A DNA stretch of 62,550 bases, counting the filler. It is 7 parts of 7 records of this genome, joined end to end, with 100 filler letters (N's around TTAATTAATTAA, not from the genome) between each part and the next. Parts side by side here need not be neighbours in the genome. Positions count along the whole stretch, not along the records: positions 50,028 to 62,550 come from SRR20825019_2553; 6 more parts are not named here. One strand, 5' to 3'. Made by a program: the position numbers and the translations under genes. The notes beneath the pieces are model-generated. The model searched no databases. It had not been told where the DNA came from and worked only from the letters and a program-made list of their open reading frames with translations. Of the stretch, positions 57,079 to 62,550 are shown one piece after another. Each line of letters starts with the position of its first letter. The first letter of the stretch is position 1.

Positions 57079-58531
57079 CTTGCACAGGATATGTCTAAAT
57101 TAAGAAGGGGTTTCTACCCAAATATAATTCTTGGGAGCTTGAGCATGAGTAAGGGTGGCTCGGCAGTACAGGATCCTTACCGTATCGGATCCGGCAGTGC
57201 CGGAGTGAAGTGATCATGAGGTGTATGAGGGTGCCCAGACCAGAGCCATCCTGGAGCCTTGGAGGGCCCGTAGTGTTGCCGGAGAATTGTCACAATCCCG
57301 GTGACCGGCTGGTCGAGCCACCGCAGCACTCGGTGATGTGCTGCAACGGCAATGGTCAGTCGTGCGCGGCTGCGTTAGTCGGGGCTGGCCTGGTGTGATA
57401 AGCCGATATGCCGAGTAGAGAGTCGCCGCGCTCCCCGGCTAGTGACCTGCGGGCGGGGTGTCAGGGCCGACTGGCTCTTGCAGTCTCCGATTGGGCGCGC
57501 GAATCGAGCCCGACCAGATCGGAGGTCGGGTCCGAGGTGGTGGGTTCCGGTGACGATTCACTGACTGTCTGGGCTGCAAACTGTATGACAAGCGCCACAT
57601 TCGGGTAATCGATTTGCCTCGTCACTGCTTACCGGACGCCGCCCGGGCCTTTTGAATCAGCGAGCAGCCGGACCCCGGCCGGGGATGGGGCGCGCGCCCG
57701 CCTCGCCGCGGTGCGGTGGGCGGACGACCTCCGCTGCCACAGTACCATGCCACAACATCGTCCGATCGTACGGTACGCCGTTACGTGACAGAGACGGGAG
57801 GGCACCGCGGCGGGCGACACCCCGGCGGGCAGCCCCGGCTGCCGGCGAGCGTCCCCGCCGCCAAATAAACCATCCGACTCGTCGGCGCGCGCCGGATATC
57901 TTGAGTCCGCCACGGCTCGGGTGGACCGCAGGATGACTGCGGTTCAGGCTGGTTCAGTTCGCCTCGGCCTTCCACTCATCACTGGACGCCCCAAGTTGAT
58001 TCAAACGGAACTCGGCCCCCGGGCGGCCGGCGGGAGCAGCGCGTCCGGGCCCCAAGCCTCGCACCGCACTCCTCCGGCGCGCGCCCCGCCCCGCCCGGGC
58101 TGGCCGGCCAGGAGGCCCACCCGCCACCACCGGCAAGCACCAAGTCAGATACTACTCCGGCAACGTCCTGCCAGTGACGCATGACTCACTAGCTAGGCTC
58201 TACAACAGACTTCGGCTGGCCGGCCGGCAATCCGGCGAGTGTTTGCACGTATTCGTCGAAACGCCCCGCCCGTGTCCACTCTAAGACCGCGCGCCGGTAG
58301 GCCCGGCCTATGACACCCGGTGTATGTGACGAGCCAGCGCGTGAAGAAAAAGCGCGGTGCCCCAGGACTAAATATATGCCTTGATCGGTCACCGCTCAAT
58401 TAGGAGGGCTCCAAGGAATGAGAAGCAATAGACTACCATCTTGCATTGGCCTTCAGGTGGAAGCATGCACCATTTACATGACTACATGCGAGTTTACGAG
58501 TTTAATTTAGTGAGAACATACAGTGAACTGC

Positions 58532-61517
58532 TCAGAATTCTAGTATAGGCCAAACTTCCCTCACCAGGCGGTTCGGATGGGGCACCACGGCCCCACACGC
58601 CCATATACCGGGGCTATCCAGACCTTCATGTTCCACAAATATCGCCAGGCCAGACCCATTGTTATCGTAGACGGTCGGATATGCCGTGTCAACAGGCACC
58701 AAGACCCCCGAGGGGCGCCGCCCTTGATGGAACATGCCGTGGTTGAGGCTTGTCGCACACGGTCCGATTGGGAGGGAGTTGGGAGATTCGGACATTTGCC
58801 GTAGGTAGGCCTCGAGCTGTGACCACCTTCCGTTTGTGTATGTTAACACAGTGTCGTGATTCCAGGGTTTCGCAGTGCACGCGTCGTCATGGTTTAGCAG
58901 CGGATAGTAGCAAAACCCCCCGCCAGCGACAACACTGAAAACCGCTTGGCCAGACAGAGCCGTGACGCTGATCGATGGAGTGTTGCCTGCGAGTGCCCGA
59001 GAGTGCCTCGCGGTGGAGCCTTCCCAGTCGAATGTGGCAAGGCCGATGTACGTTGTCCCCGACTGTGCGTCCTTCCACTCCCAGCCTAGCGTACCTTGCA
59101 ATTCATCATTCACAAGAACGGCATCTGCGTGTAGATTTGTCACGAGCATTTCGGCATCAGCGGAGAGGAGGCATTGTGGCTTGTGCGCTGTTGGCGATGC
59201 TGCGACGCATCCATCCGACCCCAGCGACACAGCTACAAACTCGACTGCGATGGCACATCCTGCTACCACGCCCTCGCAAGAACATTCGCCTGGCCCGATG
59301 CAACACGACGTGACTATCCCGATTGTGTTGGACTGCGACGAGGGGTTGAAGATGGCCCTCAAGTGACCCGAATTTCTATTGCCCAAGGGTGATGGCTGGC
59401 GACAGCCAGATCTCAACGAACCACCCTCTACATGCGTGGCAATGAACGCCACTAGTCCTCCCTGTGTGATGACCACAGATCCAGCATTCTCGTCCTCGAT
59501 AGTCACAGCGGCTGCAGATACGACAGCATCGTTGTCCGGGACGCCCGGCAGGACGGACGGGGTTTCGATTGACGATGCATCACCCAGCTTTCCGATGGCG
59601 GTGATGGTGTATTCATTGACACCTTTCATGCCTGAGCTGAAAGTTATCACTCTGGGTGGACCACCTTGTGACCTGGGAAGGGCAGTGACGACTGGCCGGC
59701 CAGCGAGAGTGCCTGAGAATAACAGCAGCATGTCAATCAAATGGTGTTCCACTTGCGGCCGGGCGAGCTAGCTTACCCCCTGCACGGTTGACAGCCCTGC
59801 CTGTCACCGGACCCATTTTGATCTCGAAACTAACCGGGTCGTCATCCATTGCAAAGTGAAATCCCTGCCGCTTATCCACCCCGGAACCGAGGTACAACTG
59901 GGCATACATGTTCATATCAGTCTCTTCATTGGTGTGATACACCTGGATGGCGTAGCGGTTTTCAGGGCTCGCAAACTTGCCAAAGCCCTCTGCAGCCATC
60001 TTCGTCCACTCTTCGCGGCCCGCCTGGTGGTTCAGCTTCTGGTAGCGGTTATGGAGGCTCCATTCGTCATCGCTGTATGCGCCATGAGGTGTCCCTAACC
60101 CTGGGATTGCTATTGGTTAGTGAATGTGATCTCGGGCCTGATCGGCCTTTGCAACCGAGCCTCACGATATTGACTTACAGGTCGCGTTCCAAGGCCGCCA
60201 CCGCTCCGCGGTGCACCCGCAAGGCATGGCACCACCATCAAGGATAAACTCCATGTTGAGACTATTGTCCAGGATCAGACGGTTGGCCTTGTCGTAGAAG
60301 TCATCCATCAGGTGAACCCATCCGGCATATCCGAACGGAGTGCACGGTACCTCTTCTGGCTGTACATGGAGCCTACGTCAGTGAATCTATTTACACTTCC
60401 GGCCTTGCGTACCCGTCGCTTGAGGCACAATGTGATCGTAACCCGCGAGTCCAGCACCATCAGCCGCCGCTCCATCACGTCCTGGTGCGCTAGGTGTTCA
60501 AAGACGTCTGTTGATCCCTCCAGAGGTCAGATTGATACACATTTACCCTGGTCTCTCATATGCAACTCACCGTCAAGTGTGTTGTGGTGCTGGGCGGGAT
60601 CGGGGTAGTTGTGAGATAGAACAAGGCATCCGTTCTCGCCAACAGGGCGCCGGTCACCGTGTATCTTCCTACACAAGTCAACATCGCTGACATAGTGCGG
60701 ATCAATCTTTAGGTGCCGGACCCCCTTCCTCCACAAAGCTGGCCACTCCTCCAAGTGGTTGTGTGAATGCATTTGTTTGTCAATGGTGTGGTGAGCCTCC
60801 AGGTGACGACGGCCCGGGTTCATCTTCGCGTACAGCCGCTCATACTCTACCTCCAGCACGCGCCGCTCTGACGGAGACGGATGCGACATGCTTGGTAGTG
60901 GTACAGGAGGACAACTGACGAAGCTCTGCGGCATGCACAGGGTCAGGCTATGGACGACTATAAGGCGCATGTGTGTTATGGAGTCATGTACTCACGTATC
61001 CTACGACACAACCCACGGCGATGAGTATCAGTGCAACGGCGCACACGGCACAGAGCGCGAGACTGCACGCAGCTCGGAGGCGTCTCCAAGTGCAACAGCG
61101 TCTCAGGCCACCCACTGGCATCGTCGCCGGATAAGGCAGGCTTCTCTCTTTAAGAGTATTTGGGGATTCCATCTTTCCCAGGACCACGCCGAGCTTAGTG
61201 CTCTTTACCGCAGCCGCCCAAGTGCTGCCCTTGTTCCCCACAGGGCTGGCAGACGCCTTGATGTCTTCTTCCTCATCGATATCGCACATGCTTTCGCATT
61301 CACTGCCGGCGTCAACGGCTCTATACAACACCCGCACGTCCACCTGGTAAGAGGAGCTGGATGTGGACTCGCGCGATGACTGCGCATGGTCGTCGCTGCT
61401 GTTTGACCGGGGGCTGAAGTCCGAACTGAGCCACAGCCACCTGTCTTCTGAGTCGTTGTCGCTACCGAGGGGATCAAAAAGATCAGTTTGCGTCGTGCAA
61501 TCTGGCTCTGTTTTCAT
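58532..61517 (-). CDS. Multi-exon type II membrane protein with PLC-like phosphodiesterase domain and beta-rich C-terminus
   Basis: Four ORF-track fragments join via GT-AG introns; TM segment LALCAVCAVALILIAVGCVV; HSHN...KGVRHLKIDPH...LVLSH. Confidence 0.65.
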
Positions 61518-62550
61518 GGCCGAAGTTCTTGACTGGGTCTAAGGAGAACGACTCTGTCATATTTACAGCGAGGCGGGCGGAGATACCGTTAGCTACAGCT
61601 GCCCAGCAGTGCGCGCTCGATCGTGCCACTGAAGCCCCTCGTCAGCGCGAAATGGATGGCCTGGCAGCGCGGGGGAAGCCGCGTTCCGACTGGCGCCGGG
61701 AATAGGCCGCTGGCCGGCGGTGAGCACTGCCGGCGGGGCCCACGCTGCCTGAGTGCTGGGAGGGCCGGCGCAAGAGAACGGACTTAACCGATTACCGCCA
61801 CACAACGGCAGTCGGACAGAGTCATGTGAGTGCCCAGCACTGGCTATGACCGAAGGTGACGCGGGTTGTCACCACTGACGAGCCGCCCGGAGGCAGCCCC
61901 CTCAGGGTTAGCCTCGGCTGTCCCAGGCCAGGCACCACCAAACCGCGGCCCGGCGTCGCAATAACAGCGAGTCTTTCAAGCTGTGCTGGGTACCCCTGGT
62001 TGGGTACGCGTGGTGCGAGGCCCCCTCGATAGCTGCTAGGTCCGTGGCGGATTAAGGTGCCGGACATACAGGTTGCGGCAGCCAAATGAGTCACACAACT
62101 ATGGTTTTCGTCGGCCAAGGGTCAGGAAGCGAATGAACGGAATCCGATCATGTGGTCTCTCTAGAGGTCCGGTACCGGTACGGGTAGACCGCGGAGTCCT
62201 CACTGATTGCCACCGTGTGGCCGACCGGACTGATCAATGAGTGTTGCCCGCTGTGCGGGTGAGCGTCACCATCACTGCCCGGATGTCTCAGCCGCCGGGT
62301 TACTACGTCGGCCCAGGCGCTGATCCCGGGAAGCTTCATTGCCGCGGCACGGAGATAGCGCGTGATTCTATCTCTACAGTTCGAGATTTCGACGCGTTAG
62401 TTGCGAAGGTCAGCGCGCGCATGGTGGGTGAGTGAGCGGCTCCGGTGGCGCACTCCACGGCCGGTCGCCGCCCCGCCCGGCCCGGCCACGGTCGCCCAGC
62501 CGGGCCGGGGCCTTGCGCGACACCGCTGAGGCCGGTCATCCTCAAACAGG

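Overview
This window is not one locus. It is seven unrelated contigs joined by 100-nt artificial spacers (N44-TTAATTAATTAA-N44). (1) 1-10969, alphaproteobacterial (Rhodobacteraceae-like): an aromatic-catabolism island with IclR and TetR regulators, extradiol dioxygenase, two-component flavin hydroxylase, outer-membrane channel, BKACE and aldolase, ending in a decayed helicase gene. (2) 11070-18561, Rhizobiales-like: pheS-[ASCH, DUF4160/DUF2442 pair, AT-rich orphan]-pheT-ubiG and neighbours. (3, 4, 6) 18662-23853, 23954-33784 and 44516-49927: intronless, single-strand kinetoplastid-like gene arrays (calpain, TRM4, tyrosine aminotransferase, Rab, MORN1). (5, 7) 33885-44415 and 50028-62550: an intron-containing protist. 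The main discovery is in contig 5 and is invisible to the ORF track. Manual splicing gives a 7-exon secreted R-S-E (ExE) ADP-ribosyltransferase. It lies tail-to-tail with a ~19-exon secreted protein of pore-former-like architecture and head-to-head with an intronless Imm1-like immunity gene, making a candidate eukaryotic toxin/delivery/immunity locus. All family assignments come from motif recognition by eye; no searches were run.
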